From an uncultured virus (IMG/VR IMGVR_UViG_3300022555_000013) (taxonomy: Duplodnaviria > Heunggongvirae > Uroviricota > Caudoviricetes): a stretch of DNA of 64,000 nt. The stretch lies in IMG/VR virus record IMGVR_UViG_3300022555_000013; one strand, given 5' to 3'. This document shows, in pieces, positions 50,014 to 58,957 of the stretch. A program made the position numbers and the translations under genes. Every line of letters begins with the position of its first letter. Positions within the stretch are counted from its first letter, which is position 1. The notes under the pieces were generated by a model that was not told the DNA's origin, did not search any database, and saw only the letters and a program-made list of their open reading frames with translations.

Positions 50014-50400
50014 ATGGATGAAAATATTCTAAAACAGGCAAAGGGTGATATTTATAAGGCGGTATACGATGTTATCGAATTTGATATTAAAAAAGGAATA
50101 TCAGCCGAAGCATTAAATCGTTATTATAAAAAACCAAAAAATATCTTAACTCTTATAGGTCGAATTCATAATAAAGGTTCAAATTTATTTAGTAATGAAG
50201 ATGAATATAATGAAACTGTGATGAAGGCTATAAATGAAATAGTTAGGGATAGAATAAACAGCATTAAAGATAAGAAGGAACGAAATAAACACATAAAAGA
50301 ATGGGTCGAATTTAACGAAGATTATTACGGCTCATTCGATAGACCATCAATTGACGACAGTAAAAAAAAAAATTTGATTTATGATAACACACTGGGATAA
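50014..50400 (+). CDS. hypothetical late protein (start MDENILK); -1 frame at the A11 run gives KFDL*
   Basis: TAATATATA at 49998; internal KHIKEWVEFNE; A11 at 50362-50372. Confidence 0.7.
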   Translation: MDENILKQAKGDIYKAVYDVIEFDIKKGISAEALNRYYKKPKNILTLIGRIHNKGSNLFSNEDEYNETVMKAINEIVRDRINSIKDKKERNKHIKEWVEFNEDYYGSFDRPSIDDSKKKNLIYDNTLG

Positions 50401-50926
50401 ATTCAATGAAAAAATTGATTTATTAAAATTATTTCCTGATGTAGAACGGATTGTGTATAAAAAATCGTCCAGACACACCGATTTCGTACTCAACCCAACA
50501 GCACAAAGATTAAAAAAGATTGAAGAAAGAATTGAAAGACTTTTATCAACCGAAGAAATAAATATATTCATAGGTAAATTGCAAAATTCGTTAATGTGGT
50601 TTCATAAAAATGATATCGTAAGTTTTGTTGCGAACGTTCAAGGCAAACTCAGGGATGCTATGACAAATAAAGTTTTTGAAATTTTTAAGGAAGTCGAAAT
50701 TAAAGGTAGGAAATTTGAAATTGGTGATATAGTTTACATTGAAGATAGGTTTCCATCTAATTCTGGTGATTCTTTCACACTAACACTTTTAAACAAACGT
50801 ACACGATCTGGGAAAAGAATTGATAGTTATTGTGATTGTGATGTACTTGAAGATAATATTAAAAGGTCTGATGAAGCTAAAAAATTATCAGATATTAAAA
50901 TTCGGACTGATAGATTTGATATTTAA
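50381..50926 (+). CDS. hypothetical protein (MITHWDKFNE ... RFDI)
   Basis: 181 aa. Confidence 0.75.
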   Translation: MITHWDKFNEKIDLLKLFPDVERIVYKKSSRHTDFVLNPTAQRLKKIEERIERLLSTEEINIFIGKLQNSLMWFHKNDIVSFVANVQGKLRDAMTNKVFEIFKEVEIKGRKFEIGDIVYIEDRFPSNSGDSFTLTLLNKRTRSGKRIDSYCDCDVLEDNIKRSDEAKKLSDIKIRTDRFDI

Positions 50927-50959
50927 AAAATAATATATACTAAAAATAAAATATTCAAA

Positions 50960-51115
50960 ATGAAAATTAAAAAAGTTAACGAATTCGGACCACGTCACGG
51001 TATGGGGTTTGGTGGTGGCATGGGATTTGGCGGAGGATTTGGTCAGAAGACACAAAAACTTGGGATAATTACCATTATATCAAAAAATTTAACTCATTAT
51101 GAAAGAAACTTATGA
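50960..51115 (+). CDS. unannotated Gly-rich mini-protein (MKIKKVNEFGPRHGMGFGGGMGFGGGFG...), possibly frameshifted
   Basis: 51-codon ORF directly after TAATATATA at 50931; below the track cutoff. Confidence 0.55.
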   Translation: MKIKKVNEFGPRHGMGFGGGMGFGGGFGQKTQKLGIITIISKNLTHYERNL

Positions 51116-51653
51116 TATCATAAATTTTACAAAATGGAATAATATCAGGGAATTTAAAATTCCAAATGTAAGATTGGAAGATTTTCTTTACAACACCAAA
51201 AACGCAGGGCCAAAATCCACAAAGATTATAGCTCAATATTACAAAGATCATGAGGATTATGTTGATCTTGTCGATAAAAAAAAGCATTTATATAATGTAA
51301 GTGACTTAACTGGTGACATTTTAGGTAACGAGCGGGTTAAGTTTAAATGTATGATATTTGATAAGGAAGATATTGAAAAAATACAGGAAAATTTTGTTGA
51401 TTATGCATATAGTGATTTTTGGAAGGAAATACCAGAAATGTTAAATATTTTCGGAATTTCGATTAGCCCAAGATCATACTTTAAAAAAGATGATGTTAAA
51501 TTTACTTTCAAAGAAACAATAACATTTGATACTGTGCTTAATGTTGTCGGTGAACTCTCTGAAATGATATTCGAAGGTGAAGTACAAGGTTTTTATATTT
51601 GGAGCACAAAATCTTCACAACGTCAAAATAAAAATATTCCAGCCGTTCAATAA
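51099..51653 (+). CDS. hypothetical protein
   Basis: 184 aa. Confidence 0.75.
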   Translation: MKETYDIINFTKWNNIREFKIPNVRLEDFLYNTKNAGPKSTKIIAQYYKDHEDYVDLVDKKKHLYNVSDLTGDILGNERVKFKCMIFDKEDIEKIQENFVDYAYSDFWKEIPEMLNIFGISISPRSYFKKDDVKFTFKETITFDTVLNVVGELSEMIFEGEVQGFYIWSTKSSQRQNKNIPAVQ

Positions 51654-51669
51654 ATTAATATATAGATTA

Positions 51670-51927
51670 ATGTTAGATAAAGACCTTCACATAAAAGAAT
51701 TATATGATCTCAAGCATATAAATGATAATGAAATTCACAAGGGATTTGATTATGAAGAAAATTTGATGAATAGAACATTATCTACTGTAATGTTTAAAAA
51801 TCCAACAACATCGGATTTTATAACAAAACTGAAGGATTTACTTGTTCTTACAATTGAATCAAATCTAATTATGAGGAACTTCTTCAATTACACCGTTCCT
51901 AAATACTACAACAGGCACAACAATTAA
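51670..51927 (+). CDS. small late protein (start MLDKDLH)
   Basis: TAATATATA at 51656 immediately upstream of ATG 51670. Confidence 0.65.
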   Translation: MLDKDLHIKELYDLKHINDNEIHKGFDYEENLMNRTLSTVMFKNPTTSDFITKLKDLLVLTIESNLIMRNFFNYTVPKYYNRHNN

Positions 51928-51928
51928 A

Positions 51929-52450
51929 TTACTTTGTTTTTGGTTTTATAATCATTGTCATTCTTTTACCCTCAATCTTTGGTAAATATTCAGGAATAGC
52001 AATATCTTTCAACTCATCTGCAAATCTAAGCAATATCAATTCACCTTTCTCCTTAAATTTTATTTCTCGCCCTTTAAAGAATACCGATAATAATATTTTA
52101 TTCTTATCGGCAATGAAATTCTTAGCATGTGCCAGCTTAAAATTAAAGTCGTGGTCATCCGTATTCGGAGTCATCCTAATTTCTTTAACCTGAATCTGAG
52201 ATGCTTTTTGTTTTTTTTTATTTTCTTTATCCTTCTTTCTTTTTTCGTACATATATTTCTGATACTCTACAATTCGGGCAACAGGTATGTCTCCACCAGA
52301 AATTTCAACTAAATCTAATCCTTGCTGTTCAGCTAAATTAATAGCAAATTTTGTGTCGTAAACACCTGGCTCAACATTTTCACCAACCAATCTAACAGAT
52401 GGAACCCTGATCTGATAGTTAGTTCTAAGTTCTTCTTTTTTTTCTCTCAT
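51929..52450 (-). CDS. infC: translation initiation factor IF-3
   Basis: NYQIRVPSVRLVG, LDLVEIS, PVARI..Y.KY.YE, VKEIR, DDHDFNFKL, FKGRE, EGKRM. Confidence 0.95.
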   Translation of the reverse strand: MREKKEELRTNYQIRVPSVRLVGENVEPGVYDTKFAINLAEQQGLDLVEISGGDIPVARIVEYQKYMYEKRKKDKENKKKQKASQIQVKEIRMTPNTDDHDFNFKLAHAKNFIADKNKILLSVFFKGREIKFKEKGELILLRFADELKDIAIPEYLPKIEGKRMTMIIKPKTK

Positions 52451-52665
52451 TTATTGTTTATTTATTAATTTTTCCCAAAGATAATAATCTAATCCATACC
52501 AGTGGTTTTTAAGTGTTGCAACTTTAGTATATCCCAAAGATATCAATAATGATATTGATTGAACATTATCAACTTTCGTATCACACCACACCTTATGGCA
52601 ATCTCTTTGATGCACACTCGACTCCAAAAATAACATCATTTTTTTAGCGATGCCAGTTTTTCTAA
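52451..52665 (-). pseudogene. 3' half of GNAT acetyltransferase interrupted by IS
   Basis: RKTGIAKKMM (motif A R-x-x-G-I-A), N..S..L...LGY. Confidence 0.8.
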
Positions 52666-53989
52666 TGAACCTCCCCGCCCCAGAGGAGCGGGGTATCTCT
52701 GAAATTTCAGGGACTTAACGCTTCATCGGCAAGGTGCTTCTTAGGTCTTAACGACATGTTAAGACGGTCGTCCACAGAGCTTGCCTCCACGTCCATAGAC
52801 TGGCGTTCCGCCAGCACTTTTTTAAGCGCAATCAATTTGATGTTCATAGATGCATTGAAATCACTGTCATGATTTTCACCACAATCATGGCATATCCAAT
52901 AACGATCAGAAAGTATTAAGTCTTTCTTGATGTAACCGCATTTATGACATGTTTTAGATGACGCTTCAAACATTCCAATTTTAAGTAAGTTCTTTCCTTT
53001 CCACTGGCATTTGTAATCCAGCATTGAAATGAATTTACTCCAAGAAACGTCTGATATTGATTTAGCAAGTTTATGGTTTTTAATCATACCTTTTACATTC
53101 AATGTTTCCACACAAATGGTATCATACTGATTGGTTATCTCAGTTGATAGTTTATGTAGAAAATCGTTTCTACGGTTGGAAATTTTTTCGTGATAGAGAG
53201 CCAAACGAAGTTTGGCTCGTTTATATCTATTTGATCTTTTAGTTTTTCGAGATAAATTTCTTTGAAGATGCTTAAGTTTTGGTTCTGAAGTTTGAAGATA
53301 ATGAGGGTTTGAAACCACAACACCATCAGACATGATACCAAAATCTTTAATTCCAAGGTCTATACCTATTGCATTATCAAAACTTATTTTAGATTTTTCA
53401 GGTATTGTCTCGCCAGTTTCACACAGTACAGATACGAAGTATTTATTGGTTACAGTTTTTGATATGGTTGCTGAACGGATTGCACCTTTAGTTGGTCTGT
53501 CAATTATAATTTCAATTCCTTCTTTAAATTTAGGTATGTAAAGTTTTCCGTTTTCGATTTGAACACTTTGAGGACATCCGAAGGAATTTCTCGATGATTT
53601 CGACTTGAACTTTGGAAATCCACCATCTCCTGTAAAAAATCTCTTATAGGCATTATCTAAATTAAGTAATGATACCTGAAGACTTTGAGAGTTAATTTCT
53701 TTCAACCACTGAAATTCTGATTTTAAGTCTAAAAGTTGTTTTTGAAGTTCAAATCTTGATGGTGATTTCTTTGTTGACTGGTATGCATATATTTTACATT
53801 CTAAAGCCAGATTATAAATCAACCTTGCACAGCCAAAAGTTTTTTCTAACATCAACTTTTGATCATTCGATGGGTATAATCTATATTTAAAGGCTTTAAG
53901 CACATATTATATATAAATTTTCAATGGTCAGAAATTTTATTTATATTGCACCAACGCTCGCCCCAGAGGGACGAGGAATTCTTTACCAT
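52666..53989 (-). mobile_element. IS200/IS605-family tnpB-only element (IS1341-like)
   Basis: Subterminal hairpins at both ends share CCTCTGGGGCG; right end ...GGAGGTTCA; removal restores the GNAT frame; no tnpA inside. Boundaries are uncertain by 1-2 nt. Confidence 0.85.
52707..53903 (-). CDS. tnpB: RNA-guided endonuclease TnpB
   Basis: KAFKYRLYP HTH, FPKFKSK, RuvC GIDLG / VETL / HDSDFNA, zinc finger CHKC...CHDC. Confidence 0.95.
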   Translation of the reverse strand: MLKAFKYRLYPSNDQKLMLEKTFGCARLIYNLALECKIYAYQSTKKSPSRFELQKQLLDLKSEFQWLKEINSQSLQVSLLNLDNAYKRFFTGDGGFPKFKSKSSRNSFGCPQSVQIENGKLYIPKFKEGIEIIIDRPTKGAIRSATISKTVTNKYFVSVLCETGETIPEKSKISFDNAIGIDLGIKDFGIMSDGVVVSNPHYLQTSEPKLKHLQRNLSRKTKRSNRYKRAKLRLALYHEKISNRRNDFLHKLSTEITNQYDTICVETLNVKGMIKNHKLAKSISDVSWSKFISMLDYKCQWKGKNLLKIGMFEASSKTCHKCGYIKKDLILSDRYWICHDCGENHDSDFNASMNIKLIALKKVLAERQSMDVEASSVDDRLNMSLRPKKHLADEALSP

Positions 53990-54251
53990 TAAATTCTGAA
54001 ACACCAACCCACGAAGCATAAATTGTAAAATAATTAAATAGGCTTATACAAAATCCGACAAGTTTGTTATCTTCTTCGGCAACAATAACTGAATATTTAT
54101 CATCAATTATTTGATCAGATAGCCCACTGTTTGTATGAATCTTTACTTCATATTCTTTTGCACTGTTTGTATAATAGGGGCAATTTAAAATGACATCACT
54201 TATTAATTTAGATAACTCATCAACATCATTTAATGTGGCAAATCTTATCAT
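53990..54251 (-). pseudogene. 5' half of GNAT acetyltransferase interrupted by IS
   Basis: MIRFATLNDVDEL...VIVAEEDNKLVGF...WVGVSEF. Confidence 0.8.
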
Positions 54252-55450
54252 TTATGTTGTTTTTGTTTATTTTTTGCAAAATTCTTTCTATTATCTGGAT
54301 ATAGTGTATAGTCCAAATATTGTTTATCATAAGAATCAACAGAGAAATACTTTTCAAGATTTAACTTAGTGACAGCATCTGGATTTTTCATTTCCTGAAC
54401 CAGCTTATTTAAATCTTTAATTTTGCAAAAATATTTCTGAGCCTCCGCCTTATCTGGCTTCTTACGTATTACATCTTGCATCAATTTTTGCCACAAAAAA
54501 ACATCATTCCCACGTTCTAACATGGTTAATGATTTTCTAACACCAATATTATCCTGATCAAAAAAGAATCTAAATTTTATATTTTCATCCCCATCTAAAA
54601 GAAAGTTCATATCATCAATACTATTCAATCCAATTGCTCCAATAGAATTTGGAAAAAATAAGCTATCAAGATAACCTTCGAATATTGTTACTGGGCGTTC
54701 CCAATTTATATTAAGCAAATTGTAAAAATTAGAATATTTGTTATAAGATTTTGCTTCAAGTTCATCCAATAAATTGTTGGGATGCATCATATTATAAAGT
54801 TTTTCAAAATTGAAGATTTTGAAAAGCCTTTTATCACCCGATTTCAAATTACGTATTTGTATACCCAATACCTTATTACCTGATTTATTTAAATTAACCA
54901 AAACCTTCTCACGCCATTTAGACGTAATCGCATATTCAGCCTCATATATATTATCAAAATTTTCTATTAATCTGTCAAATTTTAAATATTGATAAACAGC
55001 CGAATGATATTTGATTGGTGAAAATTTAGAAAATTGAGTTTCAGGAGTATTATTTAAAAAATCGGTCAACTCATCAAGATTAATCAATTTATCCAACCTT
55101 TGAAGTACAAAAGTGGCATCAGAACTTGTATATTTAATATTTGAATCTACATAATCATAAATATCCAATTTACGCTGGGAATCGAGTGCAATATTAAATG
55201 TGCTTAATAATTTTGTAAATGACATATTACACCCCATTTCATTGAAACATATATGCATAAGATTCTTGAAATATAGGGTTCCACGCAATTTTGATCCTGG
55301 GGATTTTACAGAGTCGCCACAAATTGGGCAGCTATATTGAAATCTATCCTGATGCACTTTAACTTTCCATTTACGTGGGTCAGTATGAGCAACCTTTAAC
55401 ATATCTTCCAACTTACTCTTTATAAAATCAACATCTAATTCTTTCGACAT
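54248..55450 (-). CDS. DNA primase (T4 gp61-like)
   Basis: Zn finger CPICGDS...HICFNEMGC, GIQIR, TOPRIM FEGYLDS and FFDQD, KDLN; AAAC-N18-TATAAT at 55455-55482. Confidence 0.88.
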   Translation of the reverse strand: MSKELDVDFIKSKLEDMLKVAHTDPRKWKVKVHQDRFQYSCPICGDSVKSPGSKLRGTLYFKNLMHICFNEMGCNMSFTKLLSTFNIALDSQRKLDIYDYVDSNIKYTSSDATFVLQRLDKLINLDELTDFLNNTPETQFSKFSPIKYHSAVYQYLKFDRLIENFDNIYEAEYAITSKWREKVLVNLNKSGNKVLGIQIRNLKSGDKRLFKIFNFEKLYNMMHPNNLLDELEAKSYNKYSNFYNLLNINWERPVTIFEGYLDSLFFPNSIGAIGLNSIDDMNFLLDGDENIKFRFFFDQDNIGVRKSLTMLERGNDVFLWQKLMQDVIRKKPDKAEAQKYFCKIKDLNKLVQEMKNPDAVTKLNLEKYFSVDSYDKQYLDYTLYPDNRKNFAKNKQKQHK

Positions 55451-55516
55451 ATCAATTATAATAAAAAAATGAAAAGAAGTTTCTAAAAATTTATATATAA
55501 GAATAAACTATTTTTT

Positions 55517-56584
55517 ATGGCAGTATCCGTTGGCGGGCCAGATTTTATAAGAATTGAGCCAAGTGCTCCATACACAAAATTTAATAAAGGAAGACTAAAT
55601 GCATATCCAAATATAACGTCTACTTCAAATATTATGCCAGCGGGTATAGCTGACGATTTTCGACATAATGCATACCCAGGTGCCTGGAAGTGGGCGTTTG
55701 ACACTAATATGAATGGATATATTTTTAGTGGTAAAACTACAACTATATCAAGCTGGTTCAATCTGCGTCAATTTCAAACAAAGATAGTTCCTTCTGGATA
55801 TCCTGTTATGAAAAAAAAATCTTCTATACTTCGTATTCAAATGAGCAATGACTCATATATTGAATTTGGTGCAATGGCACCATTTTATATGAATATGTCA
55901 ACAGGGACAAAACCATATAAAGGAGTATTTTCACCTTATTCAATGGGGTGCGGAATAAAAATGGGTAGTGAAGGGGGCGGGGCAATATTGGCTGTGAACG
56001 GGGGTGGAAATGCTCGTATGTCATGCTCACTTAATACAGATTATAAATTTAACTTAGACACATGGTATCTTTTATCCTTTGAAATATCTAATTTTTTAAC
56101 TGGAATTTTAACATTTAAAATTTTTGTTAATGATAATTTAGAATTAACAACATTCGTCCCATGGGTTTCACCTTGGGGTAGAAATAGGGTAAGTGGACAG
56201 TGGGGAAATGACCTGGGTAACCCATCGGACCAACATAGGAAATTTTATAAAAGACGATGGAACTGTATTGCCATGCCAGGATTCAAAACATCAACCCAAT
56301 CCGTCTTACCAACATCGGAATCTTGGACACAGATGTTTTCCCATAAAAATAATTTCCCAGATAGTCTGGAAGAATATTTTTTACCACCTAACAATATACA
56401 ATCTATATCAACAGCACCATATCTTTGGGGGAACTACGGGATTAACGGGGCTAATACTGTAAAAACCGAATTTTCGGAGATTAATTCTAACAGCTTTATT
56501 GAGTATGGAACAATTTATATATACAAAACACCATATAATATAGCGCATTTTAATAATACAAAATTAAAATATTTATCATTATAG
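55517..56584 (+). CDS. late protein with LamG/ConA-like beta-sandwich
   Basis: TTISSWF...LDTWYLL...KIFVND...IYIY pattern. Confidence 0.5.
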   Translation: MAVSVGGPDFIRIEPSAPYTKFNKGRLNAYPNITSTSNIMPAGIADDFRHNAYPGAWKWAFDTNMNGYIFSGKTTTISSWFNLRQFQTKIVPSGYPVMKKKSSILRIQMSNDSYIEFGAMAPFYMNMSTGTKPYKGVFSPYSMGCGIKMGSEGGGAILAVNGGGNARMSCSLNTDYKFNLDTWYLLSFEISNFLTGILTFKIFVNDNLELTTFVPWVSPWGRNRVSGQWGNDLGNPSDQHRKFYKRRWNCIAMPGFKTSTQSVLPTSESWTQMFSHKNNFPDSLEEYFLPPNNIQSISTAPYLWGNYGINGANTVKTEFSEINSNSFIEYGTIYIYKTPYNIAHFNNTKLKYLSL

Positions 56585-56631
56585 GCTATGAGATTTATCG
56601 CTTAGCCGTGGTCGCTAACACAGTTAGCAGG

Positions 56632-56661
56632 GAGTGAGGGTAACACCTCACTCTTTTTTTT
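56632..56661 (+). terminator. intrinsic terminator
   Basis: GAGTGAGG-GTAACA-CCTCACTC followed by T8. Confidence 0.85.
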
Positions 56662-56720
56662 GTATATAATTTTTTTTTCTCAAACATTCTTTATATCTTT
56701 GTTGTCTAAAGTATATTATT

Positions 56721-56993
56721 ATGATGAACGAAGAAGCATATAAAGCATTCACAAAATTACGGGTAATTATTTTCGCAGTACTCGTGTATATCCCAGCAAT
56801 CTTTATCTTATCATGGTTCGCTTGGTACATTATCCAGCAATTAGGTATTACATCCCCGCTATTCTGGCAATGGAAATGGTGGCAGATGCTGTTATTCTTT
56901 ATTACACAATATGTTTACTTCACAGTTATGTATGGTATGGTAAAGGGCGTTGTAGCGGTCATTGTTAGAAATAAGGATTTTTTCTTAAAATAA
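56721..56993 (+). CDS. small membrane protein
   Basis: Two TM helices; TATCTTTG at 56694. Confidence 0.7.
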   Translation: MMNEEAYKAFTKLRVIIFAVLVYIPAIFILSWFAWYIIQQLGITSPLFWQWKWWQMLLFFITQYVYFTVMYGMVKGVVAVIVRNKDFFLK

Positions 56994-57030
56994 TGTATAT
57001 TTGCCTGTCCCCATGTGAAAAACAATATTT

Positions 57031-57510
57031 TTAAAGACACCAAACCTTGGATGTAAATGATTTTGATACCGTAACTGTTTTAATATCACCTTTAAATTCC
57101 CTATGCAAATCCATATCAACAAATTTCAATTTAGGTATAAATATTTGTTTATTATCTTCTGATATTGATGTCCCCTGTGGTAACTGGAATGATTGCTTAC
57201 CATGTTTATTCTTAAATTTGGGGAATCCAAATCCACGAAAAAAGTTTGTGTATGCATTATCTAAATTTCTTACTGACATTTGTAGAGCCTGTGACGGGGA
57301 TTCTTTAAGCCAAGGACATTCAGAATCTTTAAGTTCTTTGATTTGATTTGATAAGTCTATACTGGTTATGTTTTTTCTGTTACCATTATAATTGGATATT
57401 TTAGTTTCCAAGCCAAGATTATACACAAATCTAACCTGACCGAAAATTCTTTGCATCATTTCTTTTTGATCCTGTGTTGGATAGATTCTATATTTATACG
57501 CTTTTAACAT
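57031..57510 (-). pseudogene. tnpB: truncated TnpB (N-terminal ~150 aa only)
   Basis: MLKAYKYRIYP...RFVYN...FPKFK...IKTVTVSK, then unrelated sequence; no RuvC. Confidence 0.85.
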
Positions 57511-57615
57511 AGACTTATGAAAACTTTTCTTTTTTCATAAATATATATTAAATCGTAAAAGTCATTTTTTTCTAAAAAAGTTTTTTTTTACTTAAACTTT
57601 TTCTATCTTTGCTAC

Positions 57616-58416
57616 ATGAAACATTATTCAAAAGACAATTATTCCGATGGTGAACGGCTGGAGTTAACAAATGCTTATAGCAAATCCACCATCATCAAAG
57701 ACCACCAGCTTATAGAAGGCACAGTGGTAAATCTATCTAACCGTGAGGTACTTCTGAATATCGGATACAAGTCCGATGCTATTGTTTTACGTAGTGAATT
57801 TCGTTACAACCCCGATCTGAAAATTGGTGACAAAGTAGATTTATTTGTCGAATCAAAAGAAGATACCAATGGGTCGCTGGTTCTTTCGCACAAAAAAGCC
57901 CGCTTTATGAAAAGCTGGCAGTTAATAACCGATGCCCACAAGACACAGGGAATTGTTAATGGTCTAATTAAGTCACAAACCAATCGTGGGTATATTGTTG
58001 ATTTATTTGGAATTGAAGCCTTTTTACCTGGTTCTCAGGTCAGTTCAACTCCAATCTATGATGAAAGTTTTGTTGGTAAAACAATAGAGCTCAAAGTTAT
58101 AAAAATCAATGAGGAAATAAAAAATGTGATCGTTTCTCACAAATTGGTGATCGAAAATGACATCAAAGCAAAAAAATCAGCATTTATAGCCAAGCTTAAA
58201 AAAGGTCAAATTGTTGAGGGTACCGTTAAAAACATCACCAATTATGGTGTATTTGTTGACCTTGGGGGTGTTGACGGACTGATATATATCACCGATTTAT
58301 GCTACAAACGTATCAAACACCCAAGCGAAATTGTTGAATTGAATCAAAAAATAAATGTCGTTATTCTCAGTACAGAAAATGATAAAGTCTCACTCAGTTT
58401 TAAACTCATAAAGTAA
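57616..58416 (+). CDS. rpsA: short ribosomal protein S1-like protein (three S1 domains)
   Basis: LLNIGYKSDA...LVLSHKKA; GYIVDLFGIEAFLPGSQ...NVIVSH; GTVKNITNYGVFVDLGGVDGL...HPSE. Confidence 0.9.
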   Translation: MKHYSKDNYSDGERLELTNAYSKSTIIKDHQLIEGTVVNLSNREVLLNIGYKSDAIVLRSEFRYNPDLKIGDKVDLFVESKEDTNGSLVLSHKKARFMKSWQLITDAHKTQGIVNGLIKSQTNRGYIVDLFGIEAFLPGSQVSSTPIYDESFVGKTIELKVIKINEEIKNVIVSHKLVIENDIKAKKSAFIAKLKKGQIVEGTVKNITNYGVFVDLGGVDGLIYITDLCYKRIKHPSEIVELNQKINVVILSTENDKVSLSFKLIK

Positions 58417-58940
58417 TGGGATGCCACACATGGTTCTACAAAAGGGTAGACAGGACAATTGAAGAAGCCAGAGCTAAATATATCGCCAATTTGGAAGAAT
58501 CCATTGTGGATTTTACAAAAATCCTAAATGACCCAAATGATGAGTGTCGGCTTGCGTATGAATGGGATAATGAACTTATTCAGCATAGTATTGATATTTG
58601 GAACCGTCAACTTCGAATGGTTAAATCCAACTTATGCAACGTTGCAGTTTTTAATAAACAGCCAAATGATGATGGTCGGCTGTATCAATATGAAAACGGC
58701 AATCTATATTGTTATAATGATGATTTACCACACGACATTTTTAGAATAGGTGAATACCCAGAAGATAAGCTTTTTTCATTGGATGAAACTTTGAAGTATC
58801 TTGAAGATCATAGTGACAAGATTCATTATGCATCAACCATATTTGAGAAAAAAAGTGAAGTGGTTCTCAAAAGAAAAGCAATTGAAGAATTAAAAAAATT
58901 CTGGGAAGAGTACCCAGATGGAATGATTGAATTTGGTTAA
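58416..58940 (+). CDS. hypothetical phage protein (MGCHTWFY ... YPDGMIEFG)
   Basis: 174 aa, TAATG-coupled to the S1 gene. Confidence 0.75.
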   Translation: MGCHTWFYKRVDRTIEEARAKYIANLEESIVDFTKILNDPNDECRLAYEWDNELIQHSIDIWNRQLRMVKSNLCNVAVFNKQPNDDGRLYQYENGNLYCYNDDLPHDIFRIGEYPEDKLFSLDETLKYLEDHSDKIHYASTIFEKKSEVVLKRKAIEELKKFWEEYPDGMIEFG

Positions 58941-58957
58941 ACTAAAAATTTAATATC

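Noticed and set aside
52666..53989. IStron (group I intron plus IS) that would splice out of the GNAT mRNA
   Set aside because: Only about 85 nt and 40 nt flank tnpB, too little for a group I core.
53937..53989. C-terminus NGKEFLVPLGRALVQYK of the track ORF 53937-54251
   Set aside because: Read-through into the IS left end, not GNAT sequence.
55517..56661. Diversity-generating retroelement target with downstream hairpin
   Set aside because: No reverse transcriptase or template-repeat copy is visible in the window.
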